A DNA stretch of 64,000 nt from Octopus vulgaris (GCA_951406725.2 OX597826.1:68758001-68822000); one strand, 5' to 3'. Numbered from the stretch's first letter, positions 1 to 15,064 are shown. Made by a program: numbers and translations. The notes: generated from the letters alone by a model not told the origin.

Positions 1-55
1 CACACACGTATGCGCACATATGCGCACACACACATATACATAAATGCGTATATAC

Positions 56-97
<42 letters not shown>

Positions 98-168
98 ACA
101 TGTAAATGTGTGTGCGTATGTGTACATGTGTATAAGTATATCTCTCTCCCTCCCTCCCTATATACATA

Positions 169-207
<39 letters not shown>

Positions 208-293
208 CACAATGCCCAAACATGAACAAATATGTGTTGTATGTGTGTGTATATACATATATGTATATATATGTATTTTTTTTTATATTCATA

Positions 294-347
<54 letters not shown>

Positions 348-993
348 AATGTGTGTGTCTGTTTGTATTATATCATGTATATATATGTATGTACATATAA
401 TTATATGTTTGTGTGTATGTGTGTATGTTGTGAAATTATGTATTGTATTACGTATGTATAAACGTGTGCGGTAGCTGGTGTGTGATGGTGTGGTGTATAA
501 TGCGTGAAATACACATAAGTGTTAAGTATATGTACAGAGAGTGGCGACCTCTATGCCCCCTTGAAGAATGTGACTGCATAGATGCTGGGTCACGTTAGGA
601 CATTTGGATCAGAGCAGACAGTAAGCTAACGAGAGATGACAGGGAGTGGGTGTGATTATAGTTAGCTGTGATGGCAATGGAACTGGGGGTTTTTTGTTGT
701 TGTTCTTGCTGTTATTGTCGGTAGTGCTCGAGGTGGTGGCGGCGTTGTTGTTGTTGTGGTGGTGGTGGTGGTTGTGGTTGTGGTTTAGGTATGATGGAAG
801 GAGTTAGTTCACTTGCAAACGAGCTTCCTTTTTCCGTGTGTTGGAATTGACATGAAATTTACAAAAAAGAAAAAAGAAAAAAAAGAAAAAGAAAGAAAAA
901 CAGTACAAAAAGCAGGACCAAAAAACAAAGGAACATGTAAGCACACGATGAAACCATTCGACAGGAAACCCGTTGATGATGATAATAATAATG

Positions 994-1151
<158 letters not shown>

Positions 1152-1724
1152 TTGGTGATGATAATGATGCTGCTGGTGACGACGACGAGGAAGGTGAAGA
1201 TGATGATGATGGTGATGATGATGAAGACGATGATGATGAAAACGATGGTGGTGGTGGTGGTTGTGGTGGGTGTGATGACGATGATGATGATAATAATGAT
1301 GATGATGATGAAGATCATCATGATCATCATGATCATCATCATGATCATCATCGTCATTTGAATATTGCCAGAAGGGTCCAAATGTACAATACGAAATGCT
1401 TCGTCCTAGGAAAGAGGTTACGGAATGCGTGTGAATGTGCAACGAACGGAATATGATAAACGTTTTGGTGAGGTTAAAGTTGTAATACAATATACGAACT
1501 AAAGTTACATGGGTTTCCTTTTTTTTTTCCTTTATGTTTTTACACAAAGCAAATACGTATGCATAAAATTCAAACTAGAACAACCTTATAGAGGTTAGAA
1601 AGTGCTACAAAGATAGTCTCAGGGTACCCCATTATTCTGTATACCTTCTGCAAACTGAGTTTTCCCAAATTGCCCCATGAGCTATTTCGATTTCAAGCGA
1701 GCCTTAAAGTATTAACATAATCTT

Positions 1725-2312
1725 ATTTATTTATTGCCCACAGGGGACTAAACATAGAGGAGACAAACAAGGACAGACAATGGGATTGAGTCTATTACAT
1801 CGATCAGTGCGTAACTGGTACTTATTTAATCGACCCCGAAAGGATGAATGGCAAAGTCGACCTCGGCGGAATTAGAACTCAGAACGTAACGGCAGACGAA
1901 ATACCTATTTCTTTACTATCCACAAGGAGCTAAACATAGAGGAGACAAACAAGGACAGACATAGGTATTAAGTCGATTACATCGACCCCAGTTCGTAACT
2001 GGTACTTAATTTATCGACCCCGAAAGGATGAATGGCAAAGTCGACCTCGGCGGCATTAGAACTCAGAACGTAACGGCAGACGAAATACCTATTTCTTTAC
2101 TACCCACAAGGAGCTAAACACAGAGAGGACAAACAAAGACAGACAAAAGGATTAAGTCGATTATATCAGCCCCAGTGCGTAACTGGTACTTATTTAATCG
2201 ACCCCGAAAGGATGAAAGGCAATGTCAACCTCGGCGGAATTTGATCTCAGAACGTAACGGCAGACGAAATACCGCTACGCATTTCGTCCGGCGTGCTAAC
2301 GATTCTGCCGAA
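1725..2312 (-). mobile_element. SINE family C (MetaSINE-like core) tandem trimer
   Basis: Three head-to-tail units, each with gcc(t/a)ttcatcctttcggggtcgat...aagtacc on the minus strand. Confidence 0.85.
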
Positions 2313-3026
2313 GCATGACTTATGCCATGTTGATAGACTTGTAGCTTCAACATGCTATTTAATATGTCCTGCTTTCTGCTCCAGAATATCTGGCGAGTAG
2401 TCTGCTTCATTGTAAGGAACTTTGAATTTTTTATATCACTTTTTGTCTGTGCTCACAATTTTTACCCCTCTTACTTTTAATTTTGATTTTGGCAGTTCCC
2501 TACTTTATCCAAAGTTCCTTCTTTTTCTCATCTCCGCGAAACGACAGAACATTCCTATTTCCTTAATCTCTAACTAGTAGTTTGATGAAAGAGACTCTTC
2601 GAATTTTCAATCGTCATTGACTTCTCAGGCTGCTGACACCGCAGATGATGCGTGTGACACACCATCCTTACAGCTTTCCTCCTTTCGATCTCCCTTTATA
2701 AACTAATCCCATGTCCGTACCAAGGATGGTGGAAGCACTTTCTCCTAAACAACTGCTAGGGTTTTCTGCAAGAATTCATTGGAAAGCATGTGGAGAACGC
2801 AGGTTTTTCTATATTTATATGGTGAAAAAACGGAGTAATATCAACTTTCTCCCCAATGTTTCTTCGAGTGGGCCATCGAGAAAGGAGGTATTGCATTTTG
2901 TGACATAGATTGCCTATGTTTCCTTATTTCATCCCGAGAACGAAGTTTTCAGTAAAGATAGTAAGGTTCTAGAGAGCACATTAGAAAAAGATGCATATTT
3001 TCTGAGTTGTTGATGTTTAAAATGTA

Positions 3027-3325
3027 GAGGTGCAATGGCCCAGTGGTTGGGACAGCGGACTCACGGTCGTAGGATCGTGGTTTCGATTCCCATACCGGAC
3101 GTTGTGAGTGTTTATTGAGCGAAAACACCTAAAGCTCTACGAGGCTCCGGCAGGGGTCGTGCTGAACCTTGCTGTACACTTTTACCACAACTTTCTCTCA
3201 CTTTTTCTTCCTGTTTCTATTTCAAATATCCAGCCTTGTCACACTCTGAGTCACGCTGAAATTCCCCGAGAACTATGGACCTGTGGAGTATTCAGCCACT
3301 GACACGTTAATTTCTCGAGCAGGTG
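3027..3325 (+). mobile_element. SINE family B (tRNA-Arg-like head, OR1/OR2-like), tail type 1
   Basis: tggcccagtggtt...ggtttcgattccc head; tail ctgtggagtattcagccact. Confidence 0.8.
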
Positions 3326-3622
3326 GAGTGCCACGACGATGTTTAAACTTATGATTATTAACTTCTAGCCATGACCATCACATCGTTCTATATATCAACA
3401 ACTTTCTCCAATATATAATTTCTTTGTAGGATTTCGGTTTCAGGAGAGACTGGCTGTTATTTCCCGCTGTTTTAGCGATCAAGTACATACTGGCTGATGA
3501 GGTAAAGTCGTTCTTATATTGTTCCTGTTGTTGTTCCTATGGTCAGCAAACTTATGAGCAACGGTGTCCAGTTATAACTAGACAACATGTAGGAGAAAAG
3601 GATATAGGCTTATTCCTAACTA

Positions 3623-4225
3623 TAGGCGTAGGCTATGTGGCTGTGTGGCAAGAAGCTTGCTTCCCAAAGATATGGTGGGAAGCCACTGCATGGCACCTTG
3701 AACAAGTGTCTTCTACTATAGCCTCGGGTCAACTAATGCCTTCTGATACAGTTCTATATTTAAGAGATGGGGAATTATGTACATTATTTACATTATTTAC
3801 ATTTGATGAAGGCTGGACGGACATCAGCCGAAACATTGTGTTGGCAACAAACAAGATGAGGACAAATATCCGTCAGTTGTAAATAATGTAAGTAATGTAA
3901 TGCCCTGTGAGTTGATTTGGTAGACGGAAACTGAAAGAAGCCCGACGTATATATATATATATAGTGTGTGTGTGTGTGTGTTTGTATGTGTGAGTGCGTG
4001 TGTGTGTTTTTGTGTGTGTGTGTGTTCCCACATCACTGCTTGACAACCCTGTTGGTGTGTTTACGTCTCCGTAAGCTAGCGGTTCGGCAAAAATACTGAT
4101 AGAATAAGTACTAAGCTTTAAAAATATGCTGCGTGGTCGATTTCTCTATTAAAACCCTTCAATGTGGTGCTCCAGCATGGCCGCAGTCAAATGACTGTAA
4201 CAAGTAAATGAAAAAACAAAAAGAA
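3623..4225 (+). mobile_element. SINE family A (tRNA-like head, internal TA/TG microsatellite), interrupted
   Basis: Head ggctgtgtgg...aagcttgct; tail gtgctccagcatggccgcagtcaaatgactg. Confidence 0.8.
3741..3897 (+). mobile_element. Penelope-like inverted terminal fragment with hammerhead motif (family H3), inserted in a SINE
   Basis: Inverted arms ttacattatttaca/tgtaaataatgtaa. Motif acat-ttgatga-a-ggctg...cagcc-gaa-acat-t-gtgt at 3799-3841. Duplicated taatgcc at 3734-3740 and 3898-3904. Confidence 0.7.
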
Positions 4226-4488
4226 TATATGTTTTTTCTATTTCTAAGCCTTGATGTGGTTTAGGGGATATTTAGCTATAATTTCTAGCAGGGTGTGTGA
4301 CCAAGTGTAAGGTCCCATCTTCTTGGTAGTGTTATGCGTAGCTCCTTCTTAAGTGAACCTGATTCTATCAGAAACCTTTCTAGTTTTTCTTTTATGGATT
4401 CTTAGACAAACATGTGAGTCAAGAAGTGTAAACGTTTCGTAAAGATGATGGATAGGGTAAAAACCGGAGTAAAAGGGAGCATCTACGT

Positions 4489-5101
4489 CAGTGGTTCCCA
4501 ATCTTTTTCGGGTTGCCGCCCCCGTGACATCCAGGCCATTTCCTAGCGCCCCCAGTCCAACTAACCATCACAATCATTGACCTCTTCCTTTTGCAAATTC
4601 AAAGCAACTGTATTTCACAAATAGAACATAACCGAATGGACTCGTTATTTTTGTTGTTTTTACATGAACCACTACCCCCAGTGTCACCCCACTTTACTTG
4701 AACACCCCCTCAGTGGAGGCACATGGCCTAGTTGTTAGAGCAGCGGACTCGCAGTAGAGGGATTGCAGGTTCGAATCTCAGACCGGGCTATGTGTGTGTT
4801 TATGAGCGAAAACACCTAAGCTCCACGTGGCTCCGGCAGAAGGTAATGGTGACTTTCTGCTGACTCCTTCGCCACAACTTTCGCTCACTCTTTCCTCCTG
4901 CATCTTGCAGCTCTCCTGCGACGGACCGGCGTCCCGTCCAGGAGGGGAACCTATACGCCAAGGAAACCGGGAAACCGGGAACTTATGAGCCAGGTATGAC
5001 TCGAGAAGGAACAAACAAAAACACCCCCTTGGAACTTTCCATCGACCCCAGTGGTGGTGGTGGTGGTGGGGAGGCAATATCGCCCTCTTTGAGAACCACT
5101 G
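4489..5101. mobile_element. hAT-type MITE with a nested SINE
   Basis: TIRs cagtggttc/gaaccactg; perfect 8-bp TSD atctacgt at 4481-4488 and 5102-5109. Confidence 0.9.
4711..5019 (+). mobile_element. SINE family B, tail type 2, nested in the hAT MITE
   Basis: 10-bp TSD aacaccccct at 4701-4710 and 5020-5029. Confidence 0.88.
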
Positions 5102-5682
5102 ATCTACGTGATCATCATACCAGCTGGAAGTAGTAAACAATTTTACTTTCTAGTCATACTAAACGTCTTAAACAAATACGAGATTACATTGCCACGGTTA
5201 CATTGCTTTTGTAGAAAGACTGGATATGCAGGGCTGATGAGAAGTTTAACAACAACAAGAACGTTAGGCAAAACACCAACGACAACAACACCGCCAGCAA
5301 CAACAGCAACAACAACAACAACAACAACAACAACAGTAGCTGCAATAAATTAATAATTTCAATTTTCACATATTGTACTATTTGTGTGAATGCAATAAGG
5401 TATTTGCTTTGTTTATTTTTCTCAAACCGTTTTATTATCCTGTTTTAAATTTATTTTGCATTGTCACGGAACAGCCACCTTTTCAATAATGAGACTGACA
5501 CGCTGCCTACTGCGCTATCGACATTAACGAGGGAGCCACCACGTGAGCATCAGATCCGCTAGAAATAGCAACGAGATCTCACTTGAATACGCACTATATA
5601 CGCACTATCCCTCTTTTTAACAGAAAACATTGAGTAATTGATAGGTTCCTTGATACACAGTATTGAAAAACAGTTATACACA

Positions 5683-5966
5683 TAGGCGCAGGAGCCGTAT
5701 AGGCGTAGTAATGGTTGTGTGGTAAGTAGCTTGCTTACCAACCACATGGTCCTGGGTTCAGTCCCACTGCGTGGCACCTTGGGTAAGTGTCTTTTACCAG
5801 AGCCTCGGGCTGCCCAAAACCTTGTGAGTGGATTTAGTAGACGGAAACTGAAAGAAGCCCGTCGTATATATATATATATATATATAGTTAATCCAAACAG
5901 GAAAACACAACAACGTGAGGACGTGGAACAAGTATAGTGCAATTGGACGCGCAGGAAAGGAAAGAA

Positions 5967-6048
<82 letters not shown>

Positions 6049-6195
6049 TCTTATGGGTTCGGGAAAAGAGACCGATAGAATAAGTACGAGGCTTACAAAG
6101 AATAAGTCATGGGGTCGATTTCTTCGACTAAAGGCGGTGCTCCAACATGGCTGCAGTCAAAATAGCTGAAACAAATAAAAGAATAAAAGAATACA
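5683..6195 (+). mobile_element. SINE family A with a nested H1 fragment
   Basis: A/B-box-like head (tgtggtaa...ggttcagtccc), ccttgggtaagt, internal (TA)n, family tail. Confidence 0.85.
5886..5967 (-). mobile_element. Family H1 3' fragment nested in the internal (TA)n of a SINE
   Basis: gttaatccaaac...acgtggaacaagtatagt...ttggacgc matches the H1 3' half; flanked by (TA)n. Confidence 0.7.
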
Positions 6196-6823
6196 AAAGA
6201 GAGAGAGAGCTGTCGTGGTTAGAATGCCTTTCTCATCATAAATCTGTTTGTTCACAGCAAACCTTGATCCCTAATAGCAACCGATCTTAGCGAATTTTTT
6301 TTTTTTTACCGGATGTTGACGTTATTATTCTTTGCTTTTTAACCCCACGCTACTCCTGATCCACCTGACCTATATTCAAAGATGTTACAGCCTGCCTTGA
6401 CCTTTCGGCGCCATTGCTTTTCCCTTCTTTTCCCTTCAAACATATTGATTACCTTGCTCTGTGTGTCCTTCGTTATTTTGTAACGAGTAACGAGTAGAGT
6501 GTAAATGCAAAGAGATTCAACTGATATTTTTTAAGCCGACAAAGTGACAACGTACATTTATCTTCGATGCATCGGTTAGAATAATTTAATTCTAGGTGTG
6601 TTCTTGATAAAAGTGATTTACATGTAATAATTCACTAGTTAACATAATTACCGCCATCTTGTCAATTAGTGTGAAATCTTCCTAAAATGAAAGGACAACT
6701 GTACCAAAACATCTAGGCATGAATATGGATGTTTACTGCTGCTGCTGCTGTAGCTGCTGATACTCCTGCTCCTGATGCGGCTACTGCTGCTGTTGTAGCT
6801 GTTTATTATTATTATTGTTATTA

Positions 6824-6866
<43 letters not shown>

Positions 6867-7179
6867 GACTGTGCTGTTTATTGGCTGGTTAAATCTGATC
6901 TAGAAGTTTCATTATCAAAGAAGTCCCATCTTTCATCACACGCTTCTTTATTTCTTCCTTCGCATGTTCAGAACAGAATTATCTATTGCAATTCATTTAA
7001 AAAGAAAAATAAATGAAAAAAATTTAAAGACGCTGTGACTCGTTTCCAAATAATCTGCTGTGGAACTACACTGGTTTGCAGCAGAAAGCAACTAGGTTTA
7101 GCGGCAAATGTCTAAAAATATAGTTCAATGCTTTAGAAAATTCACTGCAAATCTCCAACGTGTTCTTCACTTCTATCTT

Positions 7180-7322
7180 CAGGTCGACTTTGCCTTTCAT
7201 CCTTCCGGGGTCGATAAATAAAGTACCAGTTTCGCACTGGGGTCGATGTAATTGGCTTAATCCGCTTGCCTGTCCTTGTTTGTCTCCTCTATGTTTAGCC
7301 CCTTGTGGGTAATAGAGAAATA
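7180..7322 (+). mobile_element. SINE family C, 5'-truncated
   Basis: aggtcgactttgcctttcatccttccggggtcgataaataaagtacc...ccccttgtggg. Confidence 0.85.
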
Positions 7323-7336
7323 TATCTTCATATATG

Positions 7337-7724
7337 ACGAGCAAAACGCCCCCCGTCCAACGGACGGTGCTGAGTTGTCAAACATTTAAACCAAATTTAA
7401 ACCGAAACAATTTATCCGACCGTCCCATAGGCCTCTCCTTTGAGAAACACTGATTTAACCTAAATTTGAGACACCGTGCATTTTTCTCGCGTACGCGTAG
7501 TATCGATTGCAAAAGCTGATGTACCTGCGCGTACGAATGCACGTTCCCACAGCTTTATCGATCGCACTCTCACCTGGAATCGATTTTTGCAATTTTACAC
7601 GCCTTATACACGCCTTAATACCGTCGGTATCTACATATCAAATTTGAGCGCAATCGGATGGAGGATACCCGAGATCCTAGAAGACACACAGACAGACAGA
7701 CAGAACGGATTTTATATAATAGAT
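7337..7724 (-). mobile_element. Non-autonomous Helitron-like element (Lep1/DINE-1 style)
   Basis: The minus strand begins A^TCTATTATATA and carries (CAGA)n. It ends with hairpin ccgtcc-aac-ggacgg (7353-7367), about 12 nt from CTCG^T (CTAG-like). Confidence 0.6.
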
Positions 7725-8335
7725 TATAACGTTTGGTAATGACCGAAAATGGACGATCCCGAATACAGCAGCCGAAACGGTTTTCCGCAAAAGGATCTCT
7801 GGAGTAAGGTTACTCGAGAGGGTCCATTGCTCGGAGATCAGGAAGTCTCTCCAAGTGGAGCCGCTGCTTCAACGTATATGGAGGTCACAACACCAGTACT
7901 ACGGACATGAGATTAGAATGTCGCAGGAAAGACTCACAAGACACGTTCTTGAAGCCGAGAGAACTGGCAGGAGACCTGGAAGTAATTAAGAACAAGTTGG
8001 GTGGATAATAGCCATCATCTCAACTGGACGTGCTTGGGAATCCCGTTGAAAAAGTGTGATGACGATTACATCCTATTGGGGGAGGTGCCTGAAGATCTTA
8101 CATCCCACATCTCTCCCAGGAATCGATAGATGGATGGATGAATGGGTTGCTGTAATGTTGGTGATGGTGTTGGTGTTGTTAGTGTTTGATGGTAAAGCCT
8201 GTGCAGGATGGGTAATAGTGGCAGAAACCGGTACTAACCATTACAAAATGTATTTCATGATAAAATTACTTTAGCATTTTCTACCTTGCCTTAATTTCCT
8301 TACACATATCAATTCGTGTGTCACTTTTCAACATC

Positions 8336-8420
<85 letters not shown>

Positions 8421-8659
8421 CGTGTATGCCTGTGCAAGTGTGTTTATATATTTACGTATGTTTATTTGGGATCAGCGGGCATTTAAAATGGCAAGGAGGA
8501 GAAAGAGAAAGAGAGAGGGAGACCCAAAGGCTTCAAACTTACCCCAATCGCTAAGGGGATTCCTGGTAAGTGAAGGACAGCAAGTGAAAGCATGATTTAC
8601 ATATCGGTTAGATAAATAAACTTTTACTGTCCACATCATTATCAACATCAACAGCTGTT

Positions 8660-8722
<63 letters not shown>

Positions 8723-9330
8723 ATCTAATAATAATAATAATAATAATAATAATACCACTACCACTACTACTAATACTACTACCACTACCACTACCACTAC
8801 AACTACTACTTCTACCACCACCATCACCACCACCACCACCACTACTACTAGTACTACTAGTAAAACCAGTACCTACACCAACACCACACCGTTACTACTA
8901 CTACTAAAACCACCACCTACTACTACAACTGACACCACCACCATCACTACCAGCAGTACAACCACCATCACCACTACTACTACTACTACTACTACTCCAT
9001 ATATGACTACGTCTATCGTGGTTAAACCACAAGGATGCTACGGATTAAAAATCAACAAAACAGGCCAATGAAGGAACATCTACACATTTGTTTCAGGTGC
9101 TAGAATTAGCAGCGAAATATCTCTGGAATACCAAATGAGTGATTTTGTTGCTGTAAATGATGTGAATTAATATAAACGACGAGATGGCCATGGTTGGCAC
9201 CTGTCGAATGTACGTCTGCCGCTTGATTATGAGACCACGACTGTAAATCAACAATATCTCTCGCCGTTCATTGTACACATCCATCTATATGAATGCAATT
9301 GCTAATAGTATCGCAGATAAGGGAAAGAGG

Positions 9331-9405
<75 letters not shown>

Positions 9406-9630
9406 GTTAAACAGAGACAAACAGAGAGAGAATGGGGATAGAGATACAGACAGACAGACAATCACAGAGTCAGAGAGACACTGTCCACCATACACACACA
9501 TACACACACACGCACACACACATACACACACCCTCGTTTTCTCGCACACCTTTTTTACCATTCCCTCTTTGATTCAGCTCTCCTGTTTTTAAAAAACATT
9601 TTCCTCCTTTTTTACCACTTCCGTCTTTTT

Positions 9631-9959
<329 letters not shown>

Positions 9960-9979
9960 TATAAATACATACATATACA

Positions 9980-10400
9980 TAGGCGCAGGAGTGGCTGTGT
10001 GGTAAGTAGCTTGCTAACCAACCACATGGTTCCGGGTTTACTCCCACTGCGTGACATCTTGGGCAAGTGTCTTCTGCTATAGCCCCGGGCCGACCAATGC
10101 CTTGTGAGTGGATTTGGTAGACGGAAACTGAAAGAAGCCTGTCGTATATATGTATATATATATATATATGTGTGTGTGTACATGTTTGTGTGGCTGTGTT
10201 TGTCCCCCTAGCATTGTTTGACAACCGATGCTGGTGTGTTTACGTCCCCGTCACTTAGCGGTTCGGCAAAAGCGACCGATAGAATAAGTACTGGGCTTAC
10301 AAAGAATAAGTCCCGGGGTCGATTTTCTCGACTAAAGGCGGTGCTCCAGCATGGCCGCAGTCAAATGACTGAAACAAGTAAAAGAGTAAAAGAGTAAGAG
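9980..10400 (+). mobile_element. SINE family A, full length
   Basis: ggcgcaggagtggctgtgtggtaag head, internal (TA)n(TG)n, 3' hairpin cagtca-aa-tgactg and (aaagagt)n tail. Confidence 0.9.
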
Positions 10401-11254
10401 TATACATACATACGTATGTGTGTGTATGTATGTATGTATGTATGTATGTATGCATTTGTGTGGCTGTGTTTGTCACCCCACCTCCACCATCTCTTGACCA
10501 CCAATGCTGGTGTGTTTACGTCTCCCCACCGTATGTCTAAAGTCAAAACCACGTGTCTAAAAAGCAATGCCTTTGGCCACACATACACACACTATACACA
10601 CACACACCTATGTCTATCGCCATTTTTAACCTCTGATATTTCATATTCCCTCTCTTGTCCTTTATGTAATATGTGCGTGTCTATCTGCCTGTCTGTTTTT
10701 CTTTTTTTTTTCTTCGTTCCTCTTTGCTTAACCTTTCGCAGTGCATTTGTCATTGTCTCTTCCACTACGACGGTTCACTTCAAACCCTATAAATATTTTG
10801 ACTTCGCTGATGTATATTTGTCAAAAACCGTCGCCATTTTGTTACCCTTGTGGCTAGCAAAATACGCTGTTCCGTTTGTAAAGGTAATACTCATGCTACA
10901 AACGTTTCTTTTCCTTCTTACTTCTTTTGTTATTTAATTTATCGTTATGGACGTGCTCCCCGCACCAAACTGTCTCTCTTGTGGCAATAAAATTACTGCA
11001 GTACCAGTTGCGTGGGTGGTAGGTGTCATTACGTGTTTTTTAAGTTTAATGGTTGTTTTATTTCTCCTTCTTCAACCTTCAGCTGAGCTTTTTATGGTGT
11101 TAATTTATATTTCTTTTTGTTGTGTCTTTTAATTTTCTTTCTGCTTTTTCGTTTTTAACAAAATGAAAGGAAGAGAGGGGGTAGAGAGAGGGTGAGGAGA
11201 GAAATATATTATATAAGTAGACGTGTAGATAGATATATAAATAGTCAAATAGAT

Positions 11255-11376
<122 letters not shown>

Positions 11377-11488
11377 GATAGATAGATAGATATATAGACG
11401 AGCAGTGAGTTAAATATATACACTGATAAATAGATAAATTGAACACAGACAAGCTGATATGTTGTTGAATAGATAGAAAGAAAGATAA

Positions 11489-11559
<71 letters not shown>

Positions 11560-12072
11560 CAGAGAGAGAGCTAGATAGGTAGATAGATAGATAATGTAAC
11601 AGCAGGGGAAGGGGAAAAAAGAGTTGGTGTGGGCGCAGTAGATAATGCAGGTGAAGAGGATGTGAAGTTGGTTTTCATTAAAAGCCCATTGCAAAAAAGT
11701 TGGCAGGAAATAGGATGGTTATGAGAGAATCAGGGTAAGGTACTGGTCGGTTGGTTGGGAGCGGGGAGTCACTGGGTATAAGGTATGAAGGTGGGAGTAA
11801 ATTTGGTGTGACGTGACGGCGGATATAATGGACAGGAAAGGAGGTACGCTGTACCGGGGACAATTAGCAACCACAACCGCCGTCAGTGTCACCACAACAA
11901 CAAAAACAATAATAATAACAATAGTGATAATCATTTCTGTTATAGTCACAAGGCGGGGGTGGTGAGGGAACAGGGATTATACTGATCCTTACTATTTGAT
12001 AGCTATTCCATTTTATCGAGCCCGGAATGATGGAAAATAAATTCGAACGTAAAAACTAACAAAATGCCACTG

Positions 12073-12155
<83 letters not shown>

Positions 12156-12188
12156 CACTTTCTCTGTCTGTCTGTCTCTCTCTTTATC

Positions 12189-12251
<63 letters not shown>

Positions 12252-12387
12252 CTTTATACGTTAATTCATTTTCATGTTTCACCCTAAAGGCAGCCGTCAA
12301 GCTGGAGCACTGCCACTGTAATCACCCCCTTTAATGGCCAGTTCTATGTGATTGGCTTTTGGTGAAGGTGTGAGTTCGACGCTGCTG

Positions 12388-12424
<37 letters not shown>

Positions 12425-12569
12425 CATGCACACACACACACACACACATGCATCCCTACACACACACAAACACGCGCGCACACACACGCGCGCTTGTTTC
12501 AGCCCGAAAGTGTGACCATGCTGGGTCACCGCTACAATTATATTCATGGGTTGAGTATATTGTGGCTCC

Positions 12570-12900
12570 TCAGAGAAAGTAGTCTTTGAGACGCAGACTT
12601 CACTATGTTAATGAATTTCTATCGCCAGCAAAGCTCTTTAGTAATAGCGAAGTCTAGCATTTGAAGTGGCCGCTTGCATTTCCGTTGAGTGCTGCTCACA
12701 TTTAAGGCGTGGGGGAGCTTCAGTTATTTTCATGATATTTACAATACTCCTTCATACTGCTTTCGGCTTTGAATGAGACTAGATCGATTCGATCACAATG
12801 GCGATTGCTTTTCAACATCTCGTTTTGCAGATTCTTGAATAATTTCTGATACGAAATCTTGTAGCAGGCAGAGACGCAATAGAATTTCGCTTGACTTCGA
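12570..12900 (-). mobile_element. Possible very old hAT (Charlie/Buster-like) transposase remnant
   Basis: Broken minus-strand peptides HC..., NARL, KELC and HSEVCVSK occur in the order expected for HCxxH...LNxRLF..LC...HTEVRWLS. Many disruptions. Confidence 0.25.
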
Positions 12901-13641
12901 CTTTGTGTTCAAGAGTGCTTGTGATATTGTATAGGTTATTTAAGAATGTATTTTTCCAATAAATCATTTCATCTGTATTAGCAGATTGAATGATGTAGAT
13001 TATTTCCGATATTACACAATTTCTTTCGTACCACGGAAAAGATTACATAATTTTGCTTGGCTTTGTGAACTGAAAATTCTTCCTTTCACTCCCTGAAAAA
13101 AGGGGAGCCCCTATTCTTTGCCCATATCGTAAAACAAGACCCGCATCTGGCAATGGTGCCCTTGATAATATACAGTCAGCCTCGACCGATGAGGCCAATT
13201 ATATAATATTGACGCAAATTATAAAATATTTTCCTTAAATATACATATGGATGTTGTTAGGTGAAATGATGTAGATATTCGATAGTTCTTGTTGTAGTCG
13301 TAACATACACATATATACATACATACATGCATACACACATACATACATACATGCAAACATACATACATACATACATACATACATACATACATACATACAT
13401 AAATACATAAATACATACATACATACATACATACATACAAACATACATACATACTTGCATACATACAATCATACGTACAAAATCCCACGTGGAAAAACGC
13501 TGACAAAAGTAGTGTGCATATATATATACAAACTTATATACACATGTATATATATAAATTATAAATATATATATATACATATATATACATATATATATAT
13601 TTATTCATATACATATATATGTGTGCATATGTGTGTGTACA

Positions 13642-13685
<44 letters not shown>

Positions 13686-14303
13686 CATACATGTGTGTAT
13701 GACAACATGCATAGAAATGTGTATGTATATATTCAACACACACACTGACACACACTTGTACTGGCGCACAATACGCATTGCAGCATGCAAGAAAGATTTC
13801 GCTCAAAATGGATTTGTTTATATATCGCTACGTATAAAAGTGGATACGTAATTGGATATATTATGTAATACAGGATAAATTTTCTTCTCACTTATAACGG
13901 AAATTATATTTATTATATAAGGTTTGTGTGTGTGTGTGTGTGTTGGTCTATGTGAGCGCGTTCCTATTCACGTGTTTCTATAAAGGCGCGCGAATTTTAC
14001 ACGTCGACATATACTTGCGCATATGTGCAAAACGTACTTTTGTATAAATGTTAGAAATGTATGTCTGCGTACGTAAGCATGTGTCTCTGCTCTGTGTTTA
14101 TATACATGTATATATATGTATATATGTATATATATATATATATATATATGGATAGCTGGATGCATATGGGCTTCTATATGTTTCTGTATATGTACAAACA
14201 AATACACGCACATATCTATGTGTCTCTAGAATATACCATTTTAAAGAAACATTCCTGTGAAGTTAATGTTGTTTTCCATTATTTCAATATCGCTTATACG
14301 TGT

Positions 14304-14354
<51 letters not shown>

Positions 14355-14490
14355 TGTGTGCATATTTGTTTTTATTCAAAATTATTCTACCAAACAAATT
14401 TAAATGTAAGTGTTTAGCTAAGAAATATAAAGCTATTAATTTTCGAAAATCTTTCAAAAGTAATTCTCCAATATATTTTCGGATACAAGC

Positions 14491-14575
<85 letters not shown>

Positions 14576-15064
14576 TATATATATATACATTTATATATAT
14601 TTATATTTATTTATTTATTGCATATACTACTTCACATTTTATTTAGTGACGCAATTGGAGGCACTCTAGCGGCACACGAAGACTAGGCTTAGAATAAATG
14701 TGTTACTACTCTATACATAACACTACTTTTTTTCGCTTAATTGCAATTTACACCTGTATGATCGTATTATCATCTCTTTCAATCTCGCCTTCTCTCTCTC
14801 TCTCTTTCTCCCTCTTGTTATGTGCGTGTATATGCGCAAGGGGGGTGGGGTGAATTTATGTGTTTGTGTTTGTCTGTGTGTATGTGTGTGAGAGTGTTGT
14901 GTACAAAACGTTGTTTGAAGTTCAGCATTTGCAATTGCTTTACGTAAAATTTCATTAAATGTTTGTTCTGGCCAGCGATAGAGCTCTTTGTAAAATTCTT
15001 CGTTGTTAAATCGTATGAACAAAGGCACACTGACACGTATATATTAATAATGATAATAAATAAT

